DNA of 62,317 nt, the filler included, from a bacterium (GTDB lineage Bacteria; UBP15; UBA6099; JAJRTR01): NCBI GenBank assembly GCA_024278215.1. It is 3 parts of 3 records of this genome, joined end to end, with 100 filler letters (N's around TTAATTAATTAA, not from the genome) between each part and the next. Parts side by side here need not be neighbours in the genome. Positions count along the whole stretch, not along the records: positions 1 to 25,582 come from JAJRTR010000011.1; 2 more parts are not named here. One strand, given 5' to 3'. The notes below the pieces were generated by a model. That model had not been told where the DNA came from. It made no database searches and saw only the letters and a list, made by a program, of their open reading frames with translations. Each line of letters starts with the position of its first letter. The stretch's first letter is position 1. Made by a program: the position numbers and the translations under genes. This document shows positions 11,040 to 20,807 of the stretch, one piece after another.

Positions 11040-12506
11040 ATGGGCAGACGCATGAATCTTGCAGAGATACTTAAAGGAAGCACGGAAAGGTTTCCGGGGC
11101 GCGAGTGCATAATTTTCTATGACCGGCGCATCCATTACGCGGAGTTTTACGCCGATGTGGTGAAGCTGGCGGCAGCGTTTGCGGAAATGGGCATAGAACC
11201 CGGCGACAGGGTTGCTATTGCGTTGCCTAACCTACCGGAGTTCGCTCTCGCGCTTTACGCTTCTTTTGCAGTCGGCGCGGAAGTTGTAACGGTGAATCCA
11301 TTTTATACGGTCTGCGAATTGGATGTCATATTCAAGGACTCGTGCGTTAAACTTGCGATAGCGCATCCCATGGTAGCGGAGTCGATGAGTGAGGCGGCGA
11401 AGAGAAATACCGTGCGATTGCTCTATAGCAATAACATGGGCGATCCGGCTAAAGTCGACCTCAAGGTATTGATCGAAGAGACAAAAGAAATACTCGAGCC
11501 GGTGCCGAAACAACCTGGCGACACGGCCCTGATAATTTATACAAACGCATATCATGGTGTTCCCATGGGCGCATGCCTGACACACGACGGCCTGAGGTTC
11601 GACGCCGAAATGAGCAGGAGAGTTGCAATGGTCGACGAAAAAGACTCTCTTCTTTCTGTTATTCCTCTTTATCATGCCTTTTCTCTGACTGTGTGCCTGA
11701 ATCTTTCACTTCTCACCGGTGGTAAAAGTGTCTTTCATGAAACTTTTTCCGAGTCACGTGTCGTCGAAGATATAAAAAAAGAGAACATTACCCTGTTTCC
11801 GACAGTGCCGACAATATTGAAGAAAGTGCTTGATGCGTATGGAGATAAGGGCTGTGATTTTTCTTTCGTAAAAGGTTTTATCCCGGGAGGCGCCCCGTCA
11901 GATATAAAAATGCTTCAGAATTTCAGCTCGGCTTTCAATGCTGCTGTTTACCAGGGGTACGGGATAACGGAATGCGGGCCTGTGACTGCGGTTAATCCTA
12001 TACATAAGAAGATAAACAAGTGGGGTTCCGTGGGTCCGCCGCTCGAGGGAATATCGGTCAGAGTTGTTGGTGAAAGTGATGAAGAACTGCCGGCGGGTGA
12101 AGTCGGCGAACTGCTCGTCAGGGGCCGGAATGTGATGGGGAAATATCTCAACAGGCCGGAAGAGACAGATAAGTTTCTTCGCGACGGCTGGTTCTATACG
12201 GGTGATCTTGCGCGACTGGACGAAGACGGATTCATCTATCTTACCGGCCGCAAAAAGCGGATGATAATCGTCGGAGGTTTCAATGTGTACCCGCCGGAAG
12301 TGGAGCGCGAACTCAGCAGCCACGAATCGGTGCGCGCGTGCCGGGTGTTCGGCGTGCCGGACGATTCTCTGGGCGAAAAGGTGGCCGCAGAGGTTACTCT
12401 TTGCCCCGGCGCCGGCGCGGACAGGATCAGACTCCAGAAATACTTGCGGCAAAGGCTTGCTCCTTACAAGATTCCGAGAACTATAAACTTCATCGAGGAT
12501 GTATGA
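11040..12506 (+). CDS. AMP-binding (long-chain acyl-CoA ligase-like) protein with a divergent P-loop and short C-terminus
   Basis: GDRVAI, PLYHAFSL, QGYGITE, FYTGDLA and GFNVYPPEVE are present; the P-loop reads YTNAYHGVPMG. Confidence 0.85.
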   Translation: MGRRMNLAEILKGSTERFPGRECIIFYDRRIHYAEFYADVVKLAAAFAEMGIEPGDRVAIALPNLPEFALALYASFAVGAEVVTVNPFYTVCELDVIFKDSCVKLAIAHPMVAESMSEAAKRNTVRLLYSNNMGDPAKVDLKVLIEETKEILEPVPKQPGDTALIIYTNAYHGVPMGACLTHDGLRFDAEMSRRVAMVDEKDSLLSVIPLYHAFSLTVCLNLSLLTGGKSVFHETFSESRVVEDIKKENITLFPTVPTILKKVLDAYGDKGCDFSFVKGFIPGGAPSDIKMLQNFSSAFNAAVYQGYGITECGPVTAVNPIHKKINKWGSVGPPLEGISVRVVGESDEELPAGEVGELLVRGRNVMGKYLNRPEETDKFLRDGWFYTGDLARLDEDGFIYLTGRKKRMIIVGGFNVYPPEVERELSSHESVRACRVFGVPDDSLGEKVAAEVTLCPGAGADRIRLQKYLRQRLAPYKIPRTINFIEDV

Positions 12507-13686
12507 TATGCTGACAGACCATGTGAGGTATCTGTCAGAGACTATCGGACCGAGACCGCCTGCTTCTCCAGCGGAAAAGAAGGCGGTCGACTATGTCCGC
12601 GAACAATTCGAGGCACTCGGATATGACACGCAAACAGACGAGTTTCCCGCGTTGCGAACATTTTCCCGGCTCCACATTCTGCACTACATAATGTTTATTG
12701 CAGCCTGGTCTCTTTTCCCCACAATGCCTGTACTGTCTGTCCTTCTGTGCCTGGTCGGACTTGTTTCTTTTACGTTCAATGTATCCGGATTTTCCGGGCT
12801 GTCAGTATTTTTTCCGAAGTCGCGGTCTCGCAATGTTGTCGCATATCGTGTACCCGCGAGGCCTTCAGTCAGGAAAGTTATTGTTTCGTCACATGTTGAT
12901 TCTTCGCGTTCCGCGCTGCTTTTTCACCCGATGCTCGTTAAGAATTTCCGGTGTATACTCCTCGCCGACCTCGTCGCGATGGCCAGTACACTCGCGGCCG
13001 CAATCATATTCGCCGCGGGTTTCCGGCCAGTGTGGCTATGGGCTGCCGCGGGTATACTCGACATTCAGCTTGCGGCGGCCTTGCTGATACTGGTAGACAT
13101 GGAATTGCGCGGCAGGCACACCGCGGGGGCAGACGCCAACGCATCGGGCGTGGCCGCTATGCTCGGAGCGGCGGCAGAGCTTTCGGGTGATAAGTTTCGA
13201 CATACGGAAATTGAGTTTGTCGCGACAGGAGCAAAGGTGTCCGGGCTTTTCGGCATGATTCATCACCTCGAGAAAAACTGGCACGACAAAACAAGAACTT
13301 ATGTCATAAATATCGATCACGTCGGAATCGGAGATATAACAGTCACTTCCGGTGAAGGAATACTGATAAGAAAAAAGACCGGCGCAAGGCTGCTCGAGGC
13401 GGCCACATCCATCAACCTTGAAAATGCGGGCCGACCACCGTGCCGCCTCGATTTATGCACGATGCTCACCGACGGCTATGCCGCCCTGATACGTGGTTTC
13501 GACAGCATTTCCATAATGGCGTTCATGCCAGACGGCACACTTCCGAACCGCTACAGACACGCGGATACCGTAGAGAATATTTCCGGATGTAATCTCAGCG
13601 ACGCTTCACTTCTTGTTGCGCAAATGATAAGAAACATTGAAACGGAATCAGAAAGTGTTGTAAAACGTATGCGAGGCGGGCAATGA
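12499..13686 (+). CDS. Membrane-anchored M28-family peptidase-like protein with degenerate metal ligands
   Basis: IGPRPPASPAEKKA, SSHVDS, GADANASGVA, NIDHVG; about four hydrophobic helices; start overlaps the upstream stop. Confidence 0.75.
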   Translation: MYDMLTDHVRYLSETIGPRPPASPAEKKAVDYVREQFEALGYDTQTDEFPALRTFSRLHILHYIMFIAAWSLFPTMPVLSVLLCLVGLVSFTFNVSGFSGLSVFFPKSRSRNVVAYRVPARPSVRKVIVSSHVDSSRSALLFHPMLVKNFRCILLADLVAMASTLAAAIIFAAGFRPVWLWAAAGILDIQLAAALLILVDMELRGRHTAGADANASGVAAMLGAAAELSGDKFRHTEIEFVATGAKVSGLFGMIHHLEKNWHDKTRTYVINIDHVGIGDITVTSGEGILIRKKTGARLLEAATSINLENAGRPPCRLDLCTMLTDGYAALIRGFDSISIMAFMPDGTLPNRYRHADTVENISGCNLSDASLLVAQMIRNIETESESVVKRMRGGQ

Positions 13687-13721
13687 GTCCGTCGATGTGG
13701 AACCAGCTCCACTTATAATCA

Positions 13722-16700
13722 TTGTTCGGACAAATCATGAAGTCATATATCTTATCAGTATGCAGTTTCATAATCTTATTGAAGGCTGTCGTATTGATCG
13801 TGCCCGCAGTTGCCGGGGAAGAACCTGTTGTGTATGAAGACCTGAAACCGGCAGTGACCGAAGATTGGAGAGCCGACAGCAATCAGGTCGAAGATATTAC
13901 TCCTCTGCCGGAAAAACCAAAGACGAAACATACTACAATTTCTCACGGGGTGAAGGGCAAGAACGGCAATAATACCTCTGCACAAATAAAGGCGAGATCT
14001 GTTGTCCCGAAAAAGAAAAAGGTTTATAAAGACATGTCGTGGAACACGCTTCCTGAGCGAAGTGATAAAATAAGCACACGTACGACAAAGGAATTAACCC
14101 CGAAAGAGAAGAAGACGAAGCCCGCCGCATTTGATTTCAGCAAAGGGCGAACTGAAGATACAAAGAAACATACCGCCACACCAGAAGAGCGCAATACGGC
14201 TGCCTCGAAAGCCGGCAAAAAAGATGTTGCGGGCGAACAAAAAGCTACACGCGGCACAAAGAAGGCTGATGCGAAAACCGGCGCGAGTGTCCCCGGAAGC
14301 GGCAATAGTACAGTGCCTCCGGCATCCACCAATGAATCCCCGGCTGATGTTGCGGAAGCGGCCGGCGGCGGCACACAGACAGAAAAAGAAACAGAAGAAA
14401 AACCGACCATAAAAGTACGCAGGAGGCCGCTCGGCCCGATATCGGGTGATGTTCGCATAAAATATCAGACGGCTAATGCGTCCGGGAACGAAATAGGTTT
14501 TCTATCGAGCAACGGACTTTTGTTTTTCAACGACAAACTCCAGCAAAGCACAAAACTTCGGATTGACAAAAAGTTTGATAACGGGCTGAAGGTCAACGGT
14601 GTGTTCACAGACATACCATACCAGGACCAGTATTTCCATGTGAACGTGAGCAGCAAAAACGGGTATGCGAAACTGGGCGATGTACAGGCAGAATTCAGGG
14701 GCGGACCGATGACGGGCTTCAAAAAACAGATACGCGGTCTGGACATCAATTATGATTTCGGAAGCGTGGAAGTCGCTGCCATGGCGTCGAAGGAGAAGAG
14801 CACAACGTCAAGGGAAAACTTCCATGGAAACAATATCCGCGGCCCCTATGTGCTGCGCGCCAACTCGATCCTTAACAACAGCGAGACGGTGTATCTCAAC
14901 GGCAGTCCACTGTCGCGAGGCGCGTACAATATGGACTATTTCCTCGGGCAGATTACTTTTAACTTCATCGTCGATCCGACGGACCTGATCGAGATAACTT
15001 ATGAATCCGTGCAGCAGGTGTCAATCAGGACGGGTGATTTGAACGGGATTTCCGTAAAGGCCGACCCCGGCTGGAATAATGTTACTCTTGGTGTCGCATA
15101 TCTTGAAGAGGGCACAGCACGGACGGCTGAAACCACAACTTACGAGATTGTCGAGGAATTCTCCGGCGAGACGTTCGCAACAGACACGACAGTCTATCTT
15201 AAACACGATTATGTAAAAGTATACAGCGAGTCGGTACTTCTGCTCGCCGGCTCCACGCAACAGTACCTGAGCCGTGACACCGACTATACGATTGACTATT
15301 TCACCGGCAGTGTTTCCTTTTCAAACATGGCGGCTTCGGCGACGAGTGAGGTGCGCATCAGCTACAGCTACTACAATCGTGATTACCTGCAACGCATCGA
15401 CGGCGAGGAATTATACGGATACGGCGAGGCGGAATACATCCTTTCAAGGGAGTGGGTCTATCCCGGGCCGGAAGTCGTGTATCTTTATGTCAATGAAAAT
15501 ATGCACCGCGAACTGAAAGCGGGCGAAGACTACGAGATCAACCCGGCGAACAATTCGATTGTGTTTCTCGACGACGATGTAACGCCCAACGACAACACAA
15601 ATCAGTATGTCGTCATCAGTTACGAGATCGTGCCCGAACCGGAATCGGCGAGTGGCGACTCGAAGCGCAGATTGTTCGACATGACGGGTGGAATCAGAAT
15701 AGGTCCGCACAGGATCAACGCCGAGTTTGCCGAGACGACTTCGGACATAACTCTCAAGACCGTGCAGGTGCTCGAAGAGCGTGTGGCAACTGTCGGGGAA
15801 GACTCCGGCAGGGTATTCCCGCTCCAGTTCGACGCGATTCCGAACACCGAGGCTGTTTACTTCAACGACACCGTTCTGGCGGATTCGCGGCAGCGCGCGG
15901 GCGTGGACTACATTCTCGAATATGATCCTTCCTTTGAAAAATATGTGTTGCGTTTTGTCGATGACGTCCCTGTAGGAACCACGATAATCGCAAGCTATAA
16001 GTACATACCGCTTATCACTACGGGAGTAGAAAAAAGCGGTGCGGCAGGCCGCGTCACCGGCGATTTCCTGCTTCCCTTCGGCACTCTTACCACCGAGTAT
16101 ATGAAAAAGAGCGCCTATTTCTCGCCGCTGACTTCCTTCAACGATCTCGAACACGACCGCCTTGCAATGGACTTTAAGATGTCACCAAAAAGGAACTTGT
16201 TCTTCAACCTGAAATACCGTTCGCAAACATATCTGGCCGACATGCACACAGGCGTCGAGTTCGACGACAACACGCTTACGACAGCAGTCGAATACAGGTT
16301 TAAACCCGGCGCGCGCGCGGCCCTGCTCTTCGAGAACAACACTTACAGCGACAATCGCCCGGTCAGCCTCACAAACATTGAAAAGAAGAAAATCCGCACT
16401 GAAATAAAGTATCCGTTCGGCAAGAAAAATAAAGTTGTGACGGAATTTTACTTCGAGAACCGCAATCAGGACGATGCGACAGACAGGACAAGCGACAGGG
16501 ATGTTACAAAAGCCGGATTGGCGGTGAACTATTCGCCCAACCGGAATTTCAGGCTGAAACTTGCGACGGATAACAGCCGTGCGGCATTTGTCGCGCCGCC
16601 GGGCGTCGACCCTCTCCTTGGCAATTTCTCGACACGAACTCTGTCGAATGTGCTCGGACTGACATATATCCCGGTGCCGCTGTGGACGATAACGGCGAAT

Positions 16701-17441
16701 CTCGATACACAGTCGACAAGAGATTCCAGGAACCTGTCGAATAACTCTTCGATTCGTAAGATAAGCGCCGCGGCGACATCGAAACAAATAGGGATCGTGG
16801 AGGGGATAAGCCTGAGTTTTAACCGAACCGACAGGCCAAACCCGATACACGGCGACACAAGTACGGAAGCGGAGAATCTCAGTGTGAAAGTCGCTGTCGC
16901 GAAAGACTGGACAGTGACTCCGTGGCTGAGCCGCACAAAAGCCGGTGTCGAACAAAAAAGCAGGAGCGAAAGCCGCACCGTGGGAGCAAGGGCGGGCTAC
17001 AGGAGCAGAGCGAAAAGAGGGTGGAGCGGTACGGCGATGCTCAGCGCGAACAACGGAAAAACATCGACACTTGGCAGCACTACGGATAATACATGGAGCA
17101 ACTCCACTTCGGACCAGACGCGCACCGAACTTACGACAAAGTATGTGCCGGGCGAGCGCCTCGAATGGCGCAACGCTTTCACATTCACGAGAAGCGGCAG
17201 CAGTACTTCGAGAAACAGCTACAGCTCGAATGTCGACTATAAGTACTCGACTTCTACAAGGATTTCGCTGTTGTTGAATATGGAAGAGACGACATATACG
17301 AGGACAAAGTACCAGCTCAGGTCGGACACTCGCCTGGATGATCACTTCTCGCTGGGGCTTTCCTTTAAAAAAGAAAATCAGAGTGGTGCGAACGATTATT
17401 CAGGCACCCTTTTCAACATGGCGCTGGATATAAAATTCTGA
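13722..17441 (+). CDS. Large exported protein, predicted outer-membrane beta-barrel with four internal beta-sandwich-like repeats
   Basis: 1239 aa; signal peptide; Lys/Thr-rich low-complexity N-terminus; four DY.IDY..G.I.F-type modules; ends ...MALDIKF. Confidence 0.65.
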   Translation: MFGQIMKSYILSVCSFIILLKAVVLIVPAVAGEEPVVYEDLKPAVTEDWRADSNQVEDITPLPEKPKTKHTTISHGVKGKNGNNTSAQIKARSVVPKKKKVYKDMSWNTLPERSDKISTRTTKELTPKEKKTKPAAFDFSKGRTEDTKKHTATPEERNTAASKAGKKDVAGEQKATRGTKKADAKTGASVPGSGNSTVPPASTNESPADVAEAAGGGTQTEKETEEKPTIKVRRRPLGPISGDVRIKYQTANASGNEIGFLSSNGLLFFNDKLQQSTKLRIDKKFDNGLKVNGVFTDIPYQDQYFHVNVSSKNGYAKLGDVQAEFRGGPMTGFKKQIRGLDINYDFGSVEVAAMASKEKSTTSRENFHGNNIRGPYVLRANSILNNSETVYLNGSPLSRGAYNMDYFLGQITFNFIVDPTDLIEITYESVQQVSIRTGDLNGISVKADPGWNNVTLGVAYLEEGTARTAETTTYEIVEEFSGETFATDTTVYLKHDYVKVYSESVLLLAGSTQQYLSRDTDYTIDYFTGSVSFSNMAASATSEVRISYSYYNRDYLQRIDGEELYGYGEAEYILSREWVYPGPEVVYLYVNENMHRELKAGEDYEINPANNSIVFLDDDVTPNDNTNQYVVISYEIVPEPESASGDSKRRLFDMTGGIRIGPHRINAEFAETTSDITLKTVQVLEERVATVGEDSGRVFPLQFDAIPNTEAVYFNDTVLADSRQRAGVDYILEYDPSFEKYVLRFVDDVPVGTTIIASYKYIPLITTGVEKSGAAGRVTGDFLLPFGTLTTEYMKKSAYFSPLTSFNDLEHDRLAMDFKMSPKRNLFFNLKYRSQTYLADMHTGVEFDDNTLTTAVEYRFKPGARAALLFENNTYSDNRPVSLTNIEKKKIRTEIKYPFGKKNKVVTEFYFENRNQDDATDRTSDRDVTKAGLAVNYSPNRNFRLKLATDNSRAAFVAPPGVDPLLGNFSTRTLSNVLGLTYIPVPLWTITANLDTQSTRDSRNLSNNSSIRKISAAATSKQIGIVEGISLSFNRTDRPNPIHGDTSTEAENLSVKVAVAKDWTVTPWLSRTKAGVEQKSRSESRTVGARAGYRSRAKRGWSGTAMLSANNGKTSTLGSTTDNTWSNSTSDQTRTELTTKYVPGERLEWRNAFTFTRSGSSTSRNSYSSNVDYKYSTSTRISLLLNMEETTYTRTKYQLRSDTRLDDHFSLGLSFKKENQSGANDYSGTLFNMALDIKF

Positions 17442-17456
17442 TAGCGGAAAAATATA

Positions 17457-18053
17457 CTACTGTTTTTCAGAGCAGTCACGGCAAAGTATCTTGCCGGGCA
17501 GGCGGACGGCTTTTGGGGCCATCACCTTTTCGCCGCAGGCATCGCACCGGAGGGTTTCAAAGATTCTCGCTTTAGCCGGCGGTGGTTCATTTGTTTCTTC
17601 GGCGGTGATGAAAGTGTCGTCCGGCGCGCTGAGGATTTCCTTGATCTTCTTCGCTCTTATTTCTTCAAATTGTTTCATTTCTTCCGGCGTCGCAGCGCCC
17701 GAACGGGATTTTGCGAAAAGCGCTTTAGTGTCGGGCGATTCCATGACAACATAGTCTTCGACTATGCGTATGCCTTTCCCTCTTGCCCTGTTGAAAAAAG
17801 TGTAGACTCTTTTTCCCGTATCTTTATGAATGAGATTTCCTTTGCCGTAAGTGCAGCCGGTGAGCACCTGTATCGCATCCACAGCGCAGGAGTCGTTCTC
17901 GACGACTGCAACGATTTCTTCATCTTCCGCTCGGTTGGCGTCGAGCCATTCCAGCGCTTTTTTACCAACACGGTAACCGAGTGCCAGTCCGGGACAGACA
18001 TGCCCGTGGAATGTTGCCGCTTCCTCGAAGGTTTTTATGTTATTGTCAGTCAT
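17457..18053 (-). CDS. FmdE/FwdE-family protein with a C-terminal zinc finger
   Basis: FHGHVCPGLALG, ENDSCAVDAIQVLTGCTYGKGNL, C-terminal CDAC...CRDC. Confidence 0.9.
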   Translation of the reverse strand: MTDNNIKTFEEAATFHGHVCPGLALGYRVGKKALEWLDANRAEDEEIVAVVENDSCAVDAIQVLTGCTYGKGNLIHKDTGKRVYTFFNRARGKGIRIVEDYVVMESPDTKALFAKSRSGAATPEEMKQFEEIRAKKIKEILSAPDDTFITAEETNEPPPAKARIFETLRCDACGEKVMAPKAVRLPGKILCRDCSEKQ

Positions 18054-18119
18054 GCGGTATCACCTTTCACTTTCAAATATGATTGTATTGATTCAGAGAC
18101 ATGCTTATCAAGTCGATTA

Positions 18120-19046
18120 TTACATCTGTGCCCTGAAATAATCGACCGTCGCTTTCATGCCCTCTTTTATTGATACGAGCGGTTTCCAGCCGAGCACTTC
18201 ACGGGCGTGGGATATGTCGAGCAGGCTGCGGATGAGGTCGCCGGGGCGAGGAGGTCCGTAGTTCACCGGTTTGTCGAATCCGACAGCTTCGGCGAGTGCG
18301 GCAAATATTTCATTGACATCCGTGGCAACACCCGTGCCGACATTGAACGCGTCGCCGCTGCCTTTTTCGATGCATGCGAGGTTGGCGCGGGCGACATCTT
18401 CCACGAATATGTAATCTCTTTCGTACCTGCCGTCTCCGTTGATCGTAGGGGTTTTCCCTTCGAGCAGCAGACGGGTGAAAATAGCAACAACACCCGCCTC
18501 GCCGTGCGGGTCCTGGCGTGGACCGTATACGTTGCCGTAGCGAAGCGAGGTGTATTCAAGTCCATATTCGTTCCAGTAGAAATCGAGGTAAAACTCGAAA
18601 CTCATCTTGCTGATGCCGTAAGGAGACACGGGATGAAAACCGTAGTTTTCTGTCGCCGGCGCATCGGGGACTTCGCCGTAGATTGTGCCACCTGACGATG
18701 AGAAAACCATCTTTCGCGCCTTGTACCTGACACAAAGGTCCAGCAGCCTGAGCGCGCCCATTGTATTGATGTTCGCGTCTTCCATGGGATAACGCACAGA
18801 TCTCGATACACTGATCTGCGCCGCAGTGTGAAATATGATATCCGGTCGTTCGGCCTCGAAAACTTCTTCTATATCCGGCTCGGTAATATCCTTCTCATAA
18901 AAAGCCGCGGACTCCGGGACATTAGCCTTTTTACCTGTGGAAAGATTGTCGACAACCGCGACTTCATGGCCCTGCGCGATAAGCATATCGCTGATATGCG
19001 ATCCGATAAAACCGGCGCCCCCGGTTACAAGTGCTTTCATTTTCAT
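18120..19046 (-). CDS. NAD-dependent epimerase/dehydratase (UDP-glucose 4-epimerase-like)
   Basis: VTGGAGFIGSH, YGISK (YxxxK), RYGNVYGPRQDPHGEAGVV. Confidence 0.93.
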   Translation of the reverse strand: MKMKALVTGGAGFIGSHISDMLIAQGHEVAVVDNLSTGKKANVPESAAFYEKDITEPDIEEVFEAERPDIIFHTAAQISVSRSVRYPMEDANINTMGALRLLDLCVRYKARKMVFSSSGGTIYGEVPDAPATENYGFHPVSPYGISKMSFEFYLDFYWNEYGLEYTSLRYGNVYGPRQDPHGEAGVVAIFTRLLLEGKTPTINGDGRYERDYIFVEDVARANLACIEKGSGDAFNVGTGVATDVNEIFAALAEAVGFDKPVNYGPPRPGDLIRSLLDISHAREVLGWKPLVSIKEGMKATVDYFRAQM

Positions 19047-19067
19047 TTCCCTTCGCGGTCGGTATCT

Positions 19068-20807
19068 CTATTCCCAGATTCTTTTCAGTTCTGCGCCGGG
19101 ATAATAATGCAGGAGTATCTGGTCGTAAGTGTAGTTTTCTTTCGCCATCTCCATAGCGCCTGTCTGGCAAAGCCCGACTCCGTGTCCCCAGCCGCCGCCT
19201 TTTAATATGAACTTCCTGCCGGTGCCACTGCCTTCCTTATCTATAACGAACATGGTGCTTTTCAGCATTCCCATCACCCATCGTATCTGGTCTTTCTCGA
19301 AAGTATAGTTGCCTTTTGTCGTCTCGATTACCAGCAACTGCGCGCGGCCCGACTTCGAATACTTTGTTACATTAATATCCTTCAGCGTTCCGATTTCAAG
19401 GTCGGGGTTGTTTGTGAATTCCGGTATTGATTCCTCGAACAGTTTCCGGAGCTGATCGTAAGTATATGTTTTTGTCCACCTGTGATACCTGGATTTGTTG
19501 CAGAACGCTTTGTCGTGTGCGAGGAACTTTCTAAGGTTTGCCGGGTTGGAAAGGTCGGTAATGCTAAATTCCGTGCCGTCGTCGACCGAGGAGAGTGAGG
19601 GCAGAGCCGCGCCGCTCCAGGCATCGTTGAACGCGGCGGTGCGCCCGCCGCATGTCGAGCAGAACAGCGCGTTGATAAGGTTGCTTCCGTTCGTTAGCGT
19701 CTCGCCGCGCGTGAGGTCCACCGCCTCGGTTGTCGCCGGTGTTTCGTTGCGCACGCCGCCGTAGACCTGGCAGTCGGTTGTGTTGCAAAGGTTAAAATGG
19801 TCGGCGACATGGCGACGCAGGTTATTGAGCAGATACGTGCGGGCGATTACCGCCTGTGACTTGAGAGCCTCGATATTCGCCGACGCGGGCATTTCCCGTG
19901 GCAGCACACTGTACAGGTAGTCCTCGACGCGAACCCTGTTTATCACGGAAAACGTGCCGTAGGAATCCAGCACGACTTCCGCGTTGCCGCGATACTCGCG
20001 GTATCCGACCCTGAACCTTCCGTCGTGCGGATAAAACACGACAGGCGTGTTGCCCAGGTGTATGAACTCACCTTTCCGGTCGTATAGTGTCAATACGTGT
20101 ATGTCCTGATCCACCGGCTGTATGCGCACAGCTTCATAACCCAGCCTGCGTATTATGTTTTCGATAAACTCGGCCTGAATCCGGGTTTTGAAAGGTCCGA
20201 ATTTGATACTCCATTGTTTCGGCTGAAATATGGCCGGTACCGCGGGAACGGACGACAGCCTGCCGACAAAAAACTCTGCCTGCTCGAAGCTTCGGAAACT
20301 GCCGAGTGTGACGATGAACTGGTCGGGTAGTTGCTGAAGATGGACATTGTACAATTCCACCTGTATCGTTTCGTCGCTTCCGGAGTACAGTTCCAGCGGG
20401 CTGTCGCCGTTGTCGGGCAGTTTGAAGATCGTAAAATCACCGTTGAAGCTCAGCCGGGCATTATTCGTTTTCTGCACTATGCCTATTCTGACTTCCGGTT
20501 CGTTTCTGAAGTTATCATATTTGACAGCCGCCGCGGGCGCGGCAAAAAAGAGCAGGTGCAACAAAAACACCGATGTTATGCAGATGAAGTTGAGCTTGAT
20601 TCCGGGGAATGAAAACAATTTGTAGCGGCAGCCTGCCCGTGCGGACTGTTGCCGGCTGTTTAAACGGTGATTCTTATTTTCATGGCTGTTCAAAAACAAA
20701 ATATTATTCGCTAAAGCGAGATAACGTGATATCCCGCTTCCTGCTTTTCCACTTCTTTGATTAAATCTGAAGCTATATCGAGCAACATAGCGTGGTTGTC
20801 GTTCCAT
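19068..20807 (-). CDS. SpoIID/LytB-domain lytic transglycosylase with SPOR-like segments; the true start is probably downstream of 20807
   Basis: EDYLYSVLPREM, EALKSQAVIARTY, CNTTDCQVY, GWGHGVGLCQTGA; signal-peptide-like stretch near 20530-20600. Confidence 0.9.
   Translation of the reverse strand: MERQPRYVARYSFRFNQRSGKAGSGISRYLALANNILFLNSHENKNHRLNSRQQSARAGCRYKLFSFPGIKLNFICITSVFLLHLLFFAAPAAAVKYDNFRNEPEVRIGIVQKTNNARLSFNGDFTIFKLPDNGDSPLELYSGSDETIQVELYNVHLQQLPDQFIVTLGSFRSFEQAEFFVGRLSSVPAVPAIFQPKQWSIKFGPFKTRIQAEFIENIIRRLGYEAVRIQPVDQDIHVLTLYDRKGEFIHLGNTPVVFYPHDGRFRVGYREYRGNAEVVLDSYGTFSVINRVRVEDYLYSVLPREMPASANIEALKSQAVIARTYLLNNLRRHVADHFNLCNTTDCQVYGGVRNETPATTEAVDLTRGETLTNGSNLINALFCSTCGGRTAAFNDAWSGAALPSLSSVDDGTEFSITDLSNPANLRKFLAHDKAFCNKSRYHRWTKTYTYDQLRKLFEESIPEFTNNPDLEIGTLKDINVTKYSKSGRAQLLVIETTKGNYTFEKDQIRWVMGMLKSTMFVIDKEGSGTGRKFILKGGGWGHGVGLCQTGAMEMAKENYTYDQILLHYYPGAELKRIWE

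Noticed and set aside
17457-18053. FmdE as evidence of methanogenesis or formylmethanofuran dehydrogenase
   Set aside because: Stand-alone FmdE-family genes are common in anaerobic bacteria, and no other fmd/fwd subunits are present
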